Positions 40,806-51,251 are shown, counted from the first letter of the stretch. The stretch is 64,000 bases of DNA from a virus (IMGVR_UViG_3300011335_000809:1-64000); one strand, 5' to 3'. Made by a program: numbers and translations. The notes: a model not told the origin generated them from the letters alone.

Positions 40806-43178
40806 TTAGGAATAAGAAGCTGCGATTCTATTAATAAGAATTTCACTGCCCATCAATACAATGGAATATAGATCTCTGGACCCATTTGATGGATTAGATG
40901 CTGCACCACTTGGCCACTTTAAAGAATTGGTAGTACCAGTGGCCCACGTAAATGATGTTCCGCCACTATTATTATAGAAATATAAATAACACACTTTCTT
41001 CTGTGTGAGATTTACATTAAATGTTTGAGCGGCTGTAGCTGTTAGATAAATCATATCATAATCATCAAAACTCAAATTAGTTGTTGCAGCTGCAATAGTA
41101 GCACTTACAGTTGTTTGATCTTTTTGATAATTGCCTTTAAAAGATCCAGTTATGATAGCACTATCTGTTTTGGAAATAAACGAACCATTATCAACTTTGA
41201 TACTTCCATATGAATATATCTTGCTACCACTGATGGATCCATACGCACGCATATCACCGCTACTGGATACATAAAATGTATTTGCGAAACTACTTGATCC
41301 ATATTGGACTAATATTGCAGTTTGTTTATTTTCTACACCAACTGGTGCTCCGCCAACAAAATTACCAGCTAATACTGATCCAGCAACGTTCGCTGCTTGA
41401 TTACTACCACTAAACATTCTGATTTGCAACTTAGCACGTAAATACTTATTTATAGAACCAGTTGGCTCTGATGGAGGTTGTATGCCTATACCAACTGAAC
41501 CATCTCTTGCAGCTGAATCAGTCTGAATATATGGCCAGAAGTAAAAACCATTACGTACTTGTTTTAGTGCAACCATTACGCCACCTGTATCCGATGTTCT
41601 TGTTGTAATAGTACTATTTTTAAGATGATAGGATCCTGTAGTAATACTCAATGTCAAACTACCACTAGTAACAGATGATATAAACCATTGATCTTGATTT
41701 GGATATTTGGTTGATCTGTTTTTATTTTGTAATACAAATCCAGCTGTACTATATATACCAGATCCTCTATTTACTACAAAAAGATTGGATTGTGCATATT
41801 TAGACGAAGCTGATATATAAAAATTAATTTGTCCAGATTCATTTTTATAAAATAGTGGAGACGTTGTTAATCTATTACCATCAAAATATGGTACAGCACT
41901 TGAACTATTTAAAGATCCTTTTAATAAATAAGAGGATGTTAATGAAGTAGTTGCTGAATCGGCGGATATGGCGTATAAAGCATTATCAACTGTTCCAAGA
42001 ACAGTTGCAGCTCGCAATGCGTATGAAGCACTAGTGGTTCTAGTAGAATAACTACCACTTATAGCTTTACTTGAAGTACGTGCGTAACTACTTGAAAAAG
42101 AAGAATATTTTAAATTGCCATTATAAGAATAACTAGCTGTGCCGTTTGATGTTAAATTAGACCAATTCAAATATGAAGCTGAATCTGCAGTAGTTGACAT
42201 ACACATACTTGAAGTACGTGCGTAACTACTTGAAAAAGATGATAACTTACCCACCCCATTATAAGAATAACTGGATGTGCCTACAAATAATGGAGATTCA
42301 ATATATACACTGGAATATATACTAGCAGCGGATATATTGTTAAATACACTTGTACCTGTTGTAGATGTTACATTGCCTGTTAATTTACCTTTTAAACTAC
42401 CGGTCATTGAAATATTACCACTGCCAGAAAATCTTCCTGAAAATCCATTTACGGAATAAATCTTTGACCCTGATATAATTGAAGGTACTGTTGTTCCAAT
42501 TGAAGAATTGTTAATAGTAACACCTCCAATTGCACCAGCATTTATAGTAATGTTATCTATCTCAGCATTTGTAACGTATAAATTATTATTTATGTCTACA
42601 TTATTAAAAGAACTTTTACCTGTACCAACCGTTACGTTGCCTAATAAACGTCCTTTTAAACTGCCTGTTACACCAATACTAGCTGTAATTTGTTCAATCT
42701 TAAACGGTGTATTTTCAAGATTCAATCCACTTGGATAATCTAAAATTGTTATTTGACTATTTATACCATTTCCTGTAAACGAAATATTACCCCCGCCGCC
42801 AATTGATTGATTAACATCTATCGTCTTTGCATAAATTCCCAAAAACGTTGGTGATGCCGGATTGTATCCAATAGTAAGATAATCGCTTACTATAGCTCTT
42901 TTAAATAAATTTGGTACCTTTTGACTTATGACGGAATAGTTATCACTTTCAAAACTTCTGAATGAACCTGTGTATGTGTTGTTTGGACCTGCAAAATTTA
43001 AACCGTTAAATGATGTTAAAAGATCACCTGTCTTTTGTACGAAACTATTGACAGTAGATTTTTTAGTTGAGTTGCTACTTACACTTTGTATGATTAAATA
43101 ATCATTGTTTCCAATATTACCAGATGTTAATGTTGGTAATTCGGGAACGGTTCTACCTTGATTGGATACTATCGCCAT
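40806..43178 (-). CDS. Putative tail fibre protein
   Basis: Ser/Gly/Thr-rich beta-repeat architecture (GSLKG.L.GNV, TASYS/ASYA repeats), C-term LKWPSGAA...DLYS. Confidence 0.7.
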   Translation of the reverse strand: MAIVSNQGRTVPELPTLTSGNIGNNDYLIIQSVSSNSTKKSTVNSFVQKTGDLLTSFNGLNFAGPNNTYTGSFRSFESDNYSVISQKVPNLFKRAIVSDYLTIGYNPASPTFLGIYAKTIDVNQSIGGGGNISFTGNGINSQITILDYPSGLNLENTPFKIEQITASIGVTGSLKGRLLGNVTVGTGKSSFNNVDINNNLYVTNAEIDNITINAGAIGGVTINNSSIGTTVPSIISGSKIYSVNGFSGRFSGSGNISMTGSLKGKLTGNVTSTTGTSVFNNISAASIYSSVYIESPLFVGTSSYSYNGVGKLSSFSSSYARTSSMCMSTTADSASYLNWSNLTSNGTASYSYNGNLKYSSFSSSYARTSSKAISGSYSTRTTSASYALRAATVLGTVDNALYAISADSATTSLTSSYLLKGSLNSSSAVPYFDGNRLTTSPLFYKNESGQINFYISASSKYAQSNLFVVNRGSGIYSTAGFVLQNKNRSTKYPNQDQWFISSVTSGSLTLSITTGSYHLKNSTITTRTSDTGGVMVALKQVRNGFYFWPYIQTDSAARDGSVGIGIQPPSEPTGSINKYLRAKLQIRMFSGSNQAANVAGSVLAGNFVGGAPVGVENKQTAILVQYGSSSFANTFYVSSSGDMRAYGSISGSKIYSYGSIKVDNGSFISKTDSAIITGSFKGNYQKDQTTVSATIAAATTNLSFDDYDMIYLTATAAQTFNVNLTQKKVCYLYFYNNSGGTSFTWATGTTNSLKWPSGAASNPSNGSRDLYSIVLMGSEILINRIAASYS

Positions 43179-43198
43179 AATATATTAATAATTATTAA

Positions 43199-43909
43199 TC
43201 AACCGAGGTTTTTTAGTTTTTTTAATATAAATTTTACTAAACCACTTCGAACAATGTCTTCTTCATCAAATCTGAATACATAAATTCCATTGTTTCTACT
43301 TTCTTCATCGTCGAAAATGTTCATCGTTGGCACAAATCCACTTTTACCATTAATATCACTTTGATCTGGATCGCCACAGATAAATAACTTACTGAATTCA
43401 CCCACACGTGTGATCAATGTTACTAGTTCTTTTTTAGTCATATTCTGCGCTTCATCTGCTACGATACATTTAGCATTCCAACTTAAACCACGTAAGAAAT
43501 TGATTGGGAATCCATGAATACGTTCCTCTTTTTTCAATTTATCAATGTCGTGTTTTGGCAACAATTCTTCTAATTTATCTATCAATGGTTGGATGTATGG
43601 ACTCATTTTTTCATCCATTTCACCCGGCAAAAATCCTAATTTATTATCGCTGCTTTCAACTATACTTCTAACATATACAATTTCACTCACTCTCTTATGA
43701 TTCAACAAGGTTAAACCTGCTAATATGGACGTATATGTTTTGGCAGTTCCAGCTGGACCGGAAATAAAGACTAGTTTGGTTGTTTTATTTTGTAGTAAAT
43801 TTAATAATTCAATTTGTTTAGGTGTAAGTTGTCGTTCATCTATTCTAACTGATTCCTTAATTTTTTCGTTTTGGTGAACCTTTGGACTTGTGTCTTTTTT
43901 CTTGTTCAT
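43199..43909 (-). CDS. phoH: PhoH-family protein
   Basis: GPAGTAKT, LGFLPG..DEK, FLRGLS, DEAQN, TRVG, GDPDQSD, DIVRS. Confidence 0.95.
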   Translation of the reverse strand: MNKKKDTSPKVHQNEKIKESVRIDERQLTPKQIELLNLLQNKTTKLVFISGPAGTAKTYTSILAGLTLLNHKRVSEIVYVRSIVESSDNKLGFLPGEMDEKMSPYIQPLIDKLEELLPKHDIDKLKKEERIHGFPINFLRGLSWNAKCIVADEAQNMTKKELVTLITRVGEFSKLFICGDPDQSDINGKSGFVPTMNIFDDEESRNNGIYVFRFDEEDIVRSGLVKFILKKLKNLG

Positions 43910-44210
43910 TTTTTTGGTTTAGTTGTTGTTTAATATTTAAAACACGTCCGCAATGTTCATATGTCTCAGATGAGATATAGTAATTATAAATATTATTTAA
44001 ATTACTTTCAAATGAATCACGGACTAATACTACTATGAAATCAGAATCTTTAAAATTAAAGACCTCTATCGCATTCAAATTGTTTTTCACCGCATAACAT
44101 ATTGACGAAACAACTTGTTCCATCAATTTAATTTTATTGACTTTAATCAAACTCTCCATCTGACTATAGTCAGATGGCAAAGTTAATGAAGAGTATTTAT
44201 CTATCATCAT
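43857..44210 (-). CDS. Hypothetical protein
   Basis: 117-aa ORF overlapping phoH start. Confidence 0.65.
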   Translation of the reverse strand: MMIDKYSSLTLPSDYSQMESLIKVNKIKLMEQVVSSICYAVKNNLNAIEVFNFKDSDFIVVLVRDSFESNLNNIYNYYISSETYEHCGRVLNIKQQLNQKNEQEKRHKSKGSPKRKN

Positions 44211-44231
44211 ATATAAGTATATAAAAAAAAA

Positions 44232-44259
44232 TAAAGACGTTACCGAAGTAACGTCTTTT
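44232..44259. terminator. Intrinsic terminator
   Basis: AAAGACGTTAC-cgaa-GTAACGTCTTT (UUCG loop on minus strand). Confidence 0.85.
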
Positions 44260-44280
44260 CACAATCAATTTAACCACCTC

Positions 44281-44514
44281 TTACTTTTTCTTTTTCTTCT
44301 TTGTTGGTTTACTGTCGTCGGTTTCGACATTTTCTATTGCTGGTTTGGTTGAATTTAACTGATGTAACTTTTTAGTGGATGAATTTTTCCAAGAACGAAT
44401 TGTTTCCGGAGACGCATCTACGTATGTTTTGCTTAGCTGTAACAAATCTAGTACTTCTTTTTCTGTACTAGCTGCATTAATCTTCTGTTTCAAGCCAAAT
44501 ATATTACCACTCAT
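44281..44514 (-). CDS. Small basic hypothetical protein
   Basis: 77 aa, coupled to upstream ORF, followed by terminator. Confidence 0.7.
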   Translation of the reverse strand: MSGNIFGLKQKINAASTEKEVLDLLQLSKTYVDASPETIRSWKNSSTKKLHQLNSTKPAIENVETDDSKPTKKKKKK

Positions 44515-44705
44515 TATTTACCTTTCACTTCTACAATTTCAATTTTAGACCCATCTGGCCATCGATTAAGAATCGAAGACCAATGATCATATTCAGTTTT
44601 AGCTTCAACTTTGGATCCATATTCTAAATCTGAAACTCGTCTACCATCACGTAGAATTACGTACTTAATATTGCTATCCATAATACTATCACTTTTAACT
44701 GTCAT
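44514..44705 (-). CDS. Small hypothetical protein
   Basis: 63 aa, downstream of sigma70-type promoter. Confidence 0.65.
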   Translation of the reverse strand: MTVKSDSIMDSNIKYVILRDGRRVSDLEYGSKVEAKTEYDHWSSILNRWPDGSKIEIVEVKGK

Positions 44706-44782
44706 ACTAATTTATACTTTAATATTTAAACGTGGTAATATACTCACAAGTTCTAAGATTACCAGCCTTAGAACATAATCTG

Positions 44783-44811
44783 ATAATACATACAAATAAC
44801 ATCTGTGTCAA
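44783..44811 (-). promoter_or_regulatory. Sigma70-type promoter
   Basis: TTGACA-17-TATTAT. Confidence 0.65.
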
Positions 44812-44856
44812 CTTTATTTTAATCAACATTTATTTACATCTATATATTTATTAAAT

Positions 44857-46788
44857 ATGATATCTTTATTGGGGGAAAATCAATGGTTAAATCCGAATTT
44901 ATCTAAACGAGAGATTGATAATTTTAAAAAATCCGAATTTACATTCAATCGAATGCTAAATGAATTAGCTATTCTACACGAATGTATAGAAAATAACACT
45001 TTACATTTAGCAGAATTTAAACTAAGTGTTGGTACTCGTAAAACATTAAGAGAAATATACAAACGCAATCAACAAATTTCAGACATATCACTGTTAGTAG
45101 AAGCCGCTACAGATCCAGTATCAACAGCTGATACTTCAAAAAATATATTATCACTGATCAATAAATTTCACGGTGATAATAAACAATATCTAGATAATGT
45201 TGGCTCCGATGTGAGACTAAAAGACACATCCATACCAAAAAATATTGGAGCCGAACCAAGCATCATTCAAAAGGCTGCATTAAAAACAAAAGAATTAGGT
45301 GGTAAAGCCGGTCAGATTGCAATGAACCTATTTCAATCGATTGTAGTAAATGCATTAAATAGATTTGTAAGTTGGTCGTCTTCATTAAAATCAGATATAT
45401 TGGATGCTAAAAAACAAGGATCAGCTTGGCAAATGATAATGTCCAAATTGGGTCCAAGTATGAAGATTGCAAAAAGAGCATCTGATGGTACCATAACATA
45501 TGAGAATGATTCTTCTGGAAAATCAACTCTTGATCAATTACAAAATTTTACAAAATTAAATCCAAAGTGGACCAATACAATAATCGGTTTGTTAATTAAC
45601 ATCACAAAAATGTTATCGGTATCATTCGCGGGTGCTACTGTAGGCACATCATTGGCAATCGGCGTTTTAGTTGGTTTATTAATAAGAACAATTGCTGGTC
45701 ATTATCTCAAAAAAGAATCTTGGGGAGATGCGTTTAAAAAGGCATTAGTAGTCACAGGTTTATCATTGGTTGGTGGATCACTTACAAAAGGATTATTTAG
45801 TTACTTCAAAGGCGGAGGATTCATTGATGGAGCTAAATCTTACTTTACAGGAGATGCGGCGCCTGCTATATCAGATAAAAATGACGCATCAAGTAGAGAA
45901 ACTGCAGATAATTTCTATAATTCTGTAGGAGAGAGGAAAATGAATCAAGCTATTAATGCAGTAAAAGGCAAAGCTAATTTCGGAGATGTTATAACTCATA
46001 GAGATACTGACTGGAGTAAAAGATTGGAAGATGCTACAGGGCAGGAGGATCCAGATGCATATTTAAAATTTTTAGGGAATGCTGCGGCTCAAGGCGATGA
46101 AGCTTCAAAGAGAGAGCTTTTAGGTCTGTTAAAACAAGCAGGTCCTATGCCTAAAGCTGATTTCGATGAGTTAAGTAACGCCTACGGGTTAGATGATAAT
46201 CAAAAAATGGCTTTTATTAAGTTGTTTAAAGTGAAGAGTGATGTAGCATCACAAGCCGTAACACGCACAGCAACTGGTGCTGCACAATCCCTAAAAGAAC
46301 TTGGAAAACTCGCACTGGGCGGAGATGCAAAAGCAGCAGATGCCTATATGCAAAAGTTTTTGGTAGGGGGTAAAGGAGGCGAAACTCAATATAGAATCTT
46401 GAAGACTGCATTTGATGCTGGCATCATCGACAAAGAAAAGTTTTTCTCAGGTGTTGGAACACAGACACTTAATTTGAGGGCTGAATTAAGAGGATACGTA
46501 CCTGTGAGTATCAACGGTGTGAGTGTTATTGATTATTTAACACCCAAAGAAGCATCAAATGCATATGCAGCTATGAGTGTGGCTAAATCGATGGGAAATG
46601 TAGTTGATGAAGATGCTTTAGCTAAGCTGGCTGCAAAAGCTGGAAAGGCAGTAACAAACGCTGTTAATATGAGTCCGGAAGATGACCTTCGCCTTGAAGG
46701 AAACCAAGTAACAAACGTTGTTGATACAGCTTCTAAGGCAGTAAAAGAATCATTATACAAGACGCTGATTAAAAAACTATATATATAA
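44857..46788 (+). CDS. Hypothetical protein with central hydrophobic helices, putative head-packaged/ejected protein
   Basis: 643 aa, several L/V-x-E motifs, hydrophobic segments around aa 240-325. Confidence 0.7.
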   Translation: MISLLGENQWLNPNLSKREIDNFKKSEFTFNRMLNELAILHECIENNTLHLAEFKLSVGTRKTLREIYKRNQQISDISLLVEAATDPVSTADTSKNILSLINKFHGDNKQYLDNVGSDVRLKDTSIPKNIGAEPSIIQKAALKTKELGGKAGQIAMNLFQSIVVNALNRFVSWSSSLKSDILDAKKQGSAWQMIMSKLGPSMKIAKRASDGTITYENDSSGKSTLDQLQNFTKLNPKWTNTIIGLLINITKMLSVSFAGATVGTSLAIGVLVGLLIRTIAGHYLKKESWGDAFKKALVVTGLSLVGGSLTKGLFSYFKGGGFIDGAKSYFTGDAAPAISDKNDASSRETADNFYNSVGERKMNQAINAVKGKANFGDVITHRDTDWSKRLEDATGQEDPDAYLKFLGNAAAQGDEASKRELLGLLKQAGPMPKADFDELSNAYGLDDNQKMAFIKLFKVKSDVASQAVTRTATGAAQSLKELGKLALGGDAKAADAYMQKFLVGGKGGETQYRILKTAFDAGIIDKEKFFSGVGTQTLNLRAELRGYVPVSINGVSVIDYLTPKEASNAYAAMSVAKSMGNVVDEDALAKLAAKAGKAVTNAVNMSPEDDLRLEGNQVTNVVDTASKAVKESLYKTLIKKLYI

Positions 46789-46789
46789 T

Positions 46790-48418
46790 ATGAACGAAAT
46801 AAATTACACCAAAGAGTTGTATAAAGAATTTTTAAATGAAGCTGGTTTTTTAGATAAATTAAAAGGATCAGTGGGCTTAGGTGGAAAAAAAGAATTGTCA
46901 CCTAACGATCTAGAAATTTTGGATAAAAATGTAGATGCTCTTTTAACTAGTATTGCAAGTGAAATAGGATCAACCAAAGAAAATCTTATTAATGATCTCA
47001 CAAATGGGCCAAGTAAAGATTTAATTACCCCCGAAATAATTCAATATGCAACACAGTTAATAGATTTATCAAATAAGATTAAATCGGTAAGAAGTACAAC
47101 AGGCACTGCTGGTACAACAGGCACTGCTGGTACAACAGGCACTGCTGGTACAACAGGTACAACAGGCACAACAGGTACAACAGGTACAACAGGTACAACA
47201 GGTACAACAGGTACAACAGGTACAACAGGTACAACAGGTACAACAGGTACAACAGGTACACAAGGAAGATCTGGATATCAAAGTAAAAGTATTGATGATT
47301 TAAATTTTGGTGATGATATTGGAGATGGTACTATATTAAAACAAATAAATGTAAGTAAAATAAAACAAGATTTTGATAATTTATATAACAGTTTGCCAGT
47401 AGATGCCAAGAATGTTTTAAATAATATAACAAATGATAGTAAAATAATACCTAAAAATATAGAATTGCCTATTAGACCTCCTGTTATAAGAACTCCTCCT
47501 GTTATAACAGAAATAGATGAACTTTCTTATTGGGATGATAATAGTAAAAAAAGTGAATTTATAAAAAAGTTCGAAACAATAATTAATGACATTGCACCGT
47601 CATTAGGTATTAAACCATATGATCTTAAAAAACTTTATATTATTTTACATAAAAATGCCGTCGGTGACATTTTCAATAAATTATTTGCTTCGTATACTAC
47701 ATTAAAAGCTGGCAAACCTATAGAAGATGCTTTTTCAAAGGTACCATCACCAAGTGATCCAGGCACACCAGGCACACCAGGCACACCAGGCACACCAGGC
47801 ACACCAGGCACACCAGGCACACCAGGTGTAGATGAAGATAAATTGACACCGGATGAAATAAATAAATTTGGTGCTTATTATTCACAATTAATAAGAATTC
47901 AATCCGAACTTAAAAAAGGATTGAGCAAAGAATTGCAATTGAATAAAGGTGTAAGTAGATATTTTTCCACTTTACAAAATTCATTGGAATCATTAAGACT
48001 AATTGATTTTATTTCAGTGGAAAATAAACCTATAGCAAAAAAATTAAAGAAAAAATTTATCAAAAGATTTTTATGGGAATTGAATAATACTCCTTCAATT
48101 TCTCAAGTCAAAGATTTAATTGGTAAAATAAATGAACAAGAGTCGCCCGAGAGTCTCGGCAAGGCGGTGGAAACTGGAATCACACCTTCTTCTAATTTAT
48201 TAGCACAATCTACATCTATAATCGAAGCTATAAAGAAAAGTTTACCCTCAATGATAATGTTACTAAAAGAACTCTCAAAAAGTAAAATTTCTTCAAACGA
48301 GGATAAAATGTTAATGGGCGTTTTAAAGAAATTCTTAAAAGCGATAGTTAATAAAAATACACAAGATTTAGTAATAGATCCCAAAGTAAAAAATCCAATA
48401 GATTCTTTATCAAAATAA
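46790..48418 (+). CDS. Hypothetical protein with GTT/GTA and PGT repeats, putative head-packaged protein
   Basis: 542 aa; FLNEAG, VITEID, KINEQE motifs. Confidence 0.7.
   Translation: MNEINYTKELYKEFLNEAGFLDKLKGSVGLGGKKELSPNDLEILDKNVDALLTSIASEIGSTKENLINDLTNGPSKDLITPEIIQYATQLIDLSNKIKSVRSTTGTAGTTGTAGTTGTAGTTGTTGTTGTTGTTGTTGTTGTTGTTGTTGTTGTTGTQGRSGYQSKSIDDLNFGDDIGDGTILKQINVSKIKQDFDNLYNSLPVDAKNVLNNITNDSKIIPKNIELPIRPPVIRTPPVITEIDELSYWDDNSKKSEFIKKFETIINDIAPSLGIKPYDLKKLYIILHKNAVGDIFNKLFASYTTLKAGKPIEDAFSKVPSPSDPGTPGTPGTPGTPGTPGTPGTPGVDEDKLTPDEINKFGAYYSQLIRIQSELKKGLSKELQLNKGVSRYFSTLQNSLESLRLIDFISVENKPIAKKLKKKFIKRFLWELNNTPSISQVKDLIGKINEQESPESLGKAVETGITPSSNLLAQSTSIIEAIKKSLPSMIMLLKELSKSKISSNEDKMLMGVLKKFLKAIVNKNTQDLVIDPKVKNPIDSLSK
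47096..47260 (+). repeat. 9-nt tandem repeat encoding (Gly-Thr-Thr/Ala)n
   Basis: GGTACAACA units. Confidence 0.95.
47759..47827 (+). repeat. 9-nt tandem repeat encoding (Pro-Gly-Thr)x7
   Basis: CCAGGCACA units. Confidence 0.95.
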
Positions 48419-48469
48419 CATAATATAATAATTTACAAAAACAATTATTAGATATGTATCTAAAATATT

Positions 48470-48754
48470 ATGAGTGATGTTACTAAATTTACAGATCAAG
48501 AAATGCAAGAAATCGCAATCGTTCAATCCAAATATCAACAGAAAATATTTGAACTTGGACAATTACAATTGGAAGAAATTGAATTGGAACAAACCAAAAC
48601 TGAATTAACTGATCGTAGATCAGCTATTCTCGTCGAGTGGAAAGATATTCAAAAACTAGAAGAAGGTCTACTTAATAATCTAGCTACAAAATATGGCGAT
48701 GGCAGTCTCAATTTAAAAGACGGTACATTTAAACCCGCCCCCAAACAACAGTAA
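48470..48754 (+). CDS. Small coiled-coil phage protein
   Basis: 94 aa, C-term KYGDGSLNLKDGTF. Confidence 0.75.
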   Translation: MSDVTKFTDQEMQEIAIVQSKYQQKIFELGQLQLEEIELEQTKTELTDRRSAILVEWKDIQKLEEGLLNNLATKYGDGSLNLKDGTFKPAPKQQ

Positions 48755-48756
48755 TA

Positions 48757-48788
48757 AAAAACCCGGTTTTTACACCGGGTTTTGTTTT
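48757..48788. terminator. Bidirectional intrinsic terminator
   Basis: AAAACCCGGT...ACCGGGTTTT between convergent genes. Confidence 0.8.
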
Positions 48789-48972
48789 ATTTAGTTGGGT
48801 CTCCAGACGAAGCTTCTTCTACTATAGCTTTAATTTCAGATTCAATTTCTTTCATTCGGTCTTTGTATCCACTAGCTACATCCTTAAAATCTTTCTTAAC
48901 GTGCAAGAGATCTTCGGTTAATTGATACACTTTTTTTTCGGCTTCGGTCTTTGTTAGTTTAATATTACTCAT
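48787..48972 (-). CDS. Small coiled-coil hypothetical protein
   Basis: 61 aa, overlaps upstream stop. Confidence 0.65.
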   Translation of the reverse strand: MSNIKLTKTEAEKKVYQLTEDLLHVKKDFKDVASGYKDRMKEIESEIKAIVEEASSGDPTK

Positions 48973-49379
48973 AACTTTTTTAAATCTATAATTTTGCTTA
49001 CTGATTCTATCGGTATATAACTAGTAACATAATTGCCAGTATCTACATTTTTTAAATCAGGTAACTTACTTTTATCTATTACAACCACTATACCTTCTCC
49101 CTTGTCTCTGTAGTTGACCAATGCAAACCTAGCTGCCAATTTAAAATCACTTGCTAGATAACTACCCACAATGTTTCTGGTATTTCCCCTACCTTTCGAA
49201 GTAACTTTACCAGTACTCTTTAAAATATTATACTCCTTCTCAGACATTCCTCTATAAAGTTTAGTACTATCTGTAGGAATTTTATCCAATTCATCAGCAA
49301 TATACTTTAACTTTCCCGTTGGATCCCATACTAGATAATCATATATGCTAGATTCGTATAATAAACTATATCTTTTCAT
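48969..49379 (-). CDS. ADP-ribosyltransferase-fold-like protein (tentative)
   Basis: LYRGMS...SYLASDFKLAARFA...VVVID; start re-assigned to MKRYSLLYE after TATTTATA because the longer ORF overlaps tmRNA. Confidence 0.5.
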   Translation of the reverse strand: MKRYSLLYESSIYDYLVWDPTGKLKYIADELDKIPTDSTKLYRGMSEKEYNILKSTGKVTSKGRGNTRNIVGSYLASDFKLAARFALVNYRDKGEGIVVVIDKSKLPDLKNVDTGNYVTSYIPIESVSKIIDLKKL

Positions 49380-49424
49380 CATTATATAAATATACATATT
49401 CAAAATATAAACTTTGAATAAAAA

Positions 49425-49809
49425 TGGTGGAGATGGCGGGGAGTCGCACCCCGCGTCCATAAAAAATTATTACTGCCAGACTACACGTTTATATATTTTA
49501 AATTGTTTGGGGTAATAATAAAAAATATCTAAAAATATTACCCTTAAGATTTACCATTTTCTCAGCCATTTACGCAAATCAAATATTTGGCCCAGTCCAA
49601 TAATTTACACCCAATACAACTATCAGACTTCATTGTATTGAATGTGCAACAACTTAGGCTGCAAGGGCTACAACGTCATCATAAGAGAAGTCATAGCTAA
49701 CTACGTTATCTTCAGCAGTTAATTTTCAATAGAACTTTTAAAGAGGCCAACTATTATCCTCTACGTGCCTAACAATAGATATTTATCTATGTCGAATCTA
49801 CACATCCCC
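49425..49809 (-). ncRNA. ssrA: tmRNA; tag (A)AEDNVVSYDFSYDDVVALAA* at 49716-49654
   Basis: 5' GGGGAUGUGUAGAUUCGAC, 3' T-arm ...CAUCUCCACCA, G3-U70 pair, tag ORF ending ALAA. Confidence 0.95.
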
Positions 49810-49838
49810 ATAAAATTTAAAAGAACTAAATATAAGTA

Positions 49839-51170
49839 TTATCCAAATACTTTATATTTCTCAGAATTAAAAATGTGAGTCTCATATCCTATCACATATT
49901 CACTATAGTGGTTTAACCATCGATGATATCCTTTACCTATCCATAGTTCACACGCCATACGATGGTCTGACATATCTCCATTATACATCGTATCCACAAA
50001 AGTCAAAGATAAATTTGGCAATCGGTTTATATATTCACAATCACTCCACCAAAAGTTTCCGGAATAATAATTTCTATATTCCTTTTGTGGACTAACATAA
50101 TGTGTAACATACAATCCACCCACGACATCATAATTTTTATTCTTTAATGCGTCAACAGATTTTTGCCAATTATCTATATTTAGATATTCTAAACAATCAC
50201 GCCAAGACTTTAAAGAATCAGTTTGTATTACTTTAGATGTTCCTTTTGAGTGATAATATAAAACACATCCATTAGGATTTAGCTTGCAGTAATTCTGCAA
50301 ATTAATTAATGTATTATACTCAAATTTATTTGTGGTATAACGAACAACTTTTACTTTTATATCTTTATCATAAGAATCCACAATCTTAAGAAAGTTATAA
50401 TACTCTTCATCTGATTCTGAATATACACCACAAAAATAATGATCGCACCTATTGTATAATCCAGAGTTTACCACTCTTTCAAATTGATTCTTTATTATAG
50501 ACACCCAATCATTTTTAAGATAATTATGTGAAAATATTGACACAGGATAATTTTTAACTATTCCAATTCCACCCCAAGATTCATATCTTTGGTTCTTCAT
50601 AATCGAATGAAATAAATTATCAGTGGAATAATCGTTCGTAGCTTTATCCGATATAAATTCGTAACTGTCTATATATTGAGTTTTGATCTCATTCCAAAAC
50701 TTGCTCACCAAAATATTGTTACCTTCATTTTCAGGACTTGATACAACATCATGAAATCCCAAATAACCATCTGAATTTAATAATTGTTTAAACTTTAAAT
50801 AATCAGACTTTACACCATCGTATGAATGATCGCCGTCTATAAAAATAAAATCAAACTTAATATTAAGAGATTTTAAATAATTGATTGTATCATTGTTAGT
50901 GGAATCTGAAATTATATATTCGTAGTTTGAATACTTGCTTTTGAGTAAATCAAAATTAGTATTATGCTTTATATCAATCGTTATAACTTTATCAAACAGT
51001 TCACACAATCCAGCTGCAAAACCTCCATAATTAGATCCTATCTCCAACGCGATTCTTTTTTTGGCGTTTGCATTTAAAAAATCCAATAAAGCTTTGAATT
51101 CTTCGGGTTTTTGTTCAATGTTAAATTGTAAACAAGAATCCCATATATTTGGAAAATTATAACCATTCAT
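49839..51170 (-). CDS. Class I SAM methyltransferase (Methyltransf_24-like) fused to glycosyltransferase-like domain
   Basis: LEIGSNYGG, DFIFIDGDHSYDGV, FHD; C-term LYYHSKG...YSGNFWW. Confidence 0.75.
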   Translation of the reverse strand: MNGYNFPNIWDSCLQFNIEQKPEEFKALLDFLNANAKKRIALEIGSNYGGFAAGLCELFDKVITIDIKHNTNFDLLKSKYSNYEYIISDSTNNDTINYLKSLNIKFDFIFIDGDHSYDGVKSDYLKFKQLLNSDGYLGFHDVVSSPENEGNNILVSKFWNEIKTQYIDSYEFISDKATNDYSTDNLFHSIMKNQRYESWGGIGIVKNYPVSIFSHNYLKNDWVSIIKNQFERVVNSGLYNRCDHYFCGVYSESDEEYYNFLKIVDSYDKDIKVKVVRYTTNKFEYNTLINLQNYCKLNPNGCVLYYHSKGTSKVIQTDSLKSWRDCLEYLNIDNWQKSVDALKNKNYDVVGGLYVTHYVSPQKEYRNYYSGNFWWSDCEYINRLPNLSLTFVDTMYNGDMSDHRMACELWIGKGYHRWLNHYSEYVIGYETHIFNSEKYKVFG

Positions 51171-51177
51171 AATAATT

Positions 51178-51251
51178 TGGAGCGGGTAGAGGGAATCGAA
51201 CCCTCACATCAACCTTGGCAAGGTCGAAGGCTACCACTACATCATACCCGC
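51178..51251 (-). tRNA. tRNA-Gly(GCC)
   Basis: Cloverleaf, loop UUGCCAA, CCA end. Confidence 0.95.

Noticed and set aside
35851-43178. Diversity-generating retroelement acting on fibre genes
   Set aside because: No reverse transcriptase and no adenine-specific TR/VR pair seen
47096-47827. CRISPR-like appearance of 9-nt repeats
   Set aside because: No spacers, in-frame coding repeats, no cas genes
300-48384. Many short antisense ORFs in the six-frame track (e.g. 29348-29842, 47069-47281 poly-CT, 46533-46901)
   Set aside because: Shadows of long genes or repeats on the opposite strand; no independent signals
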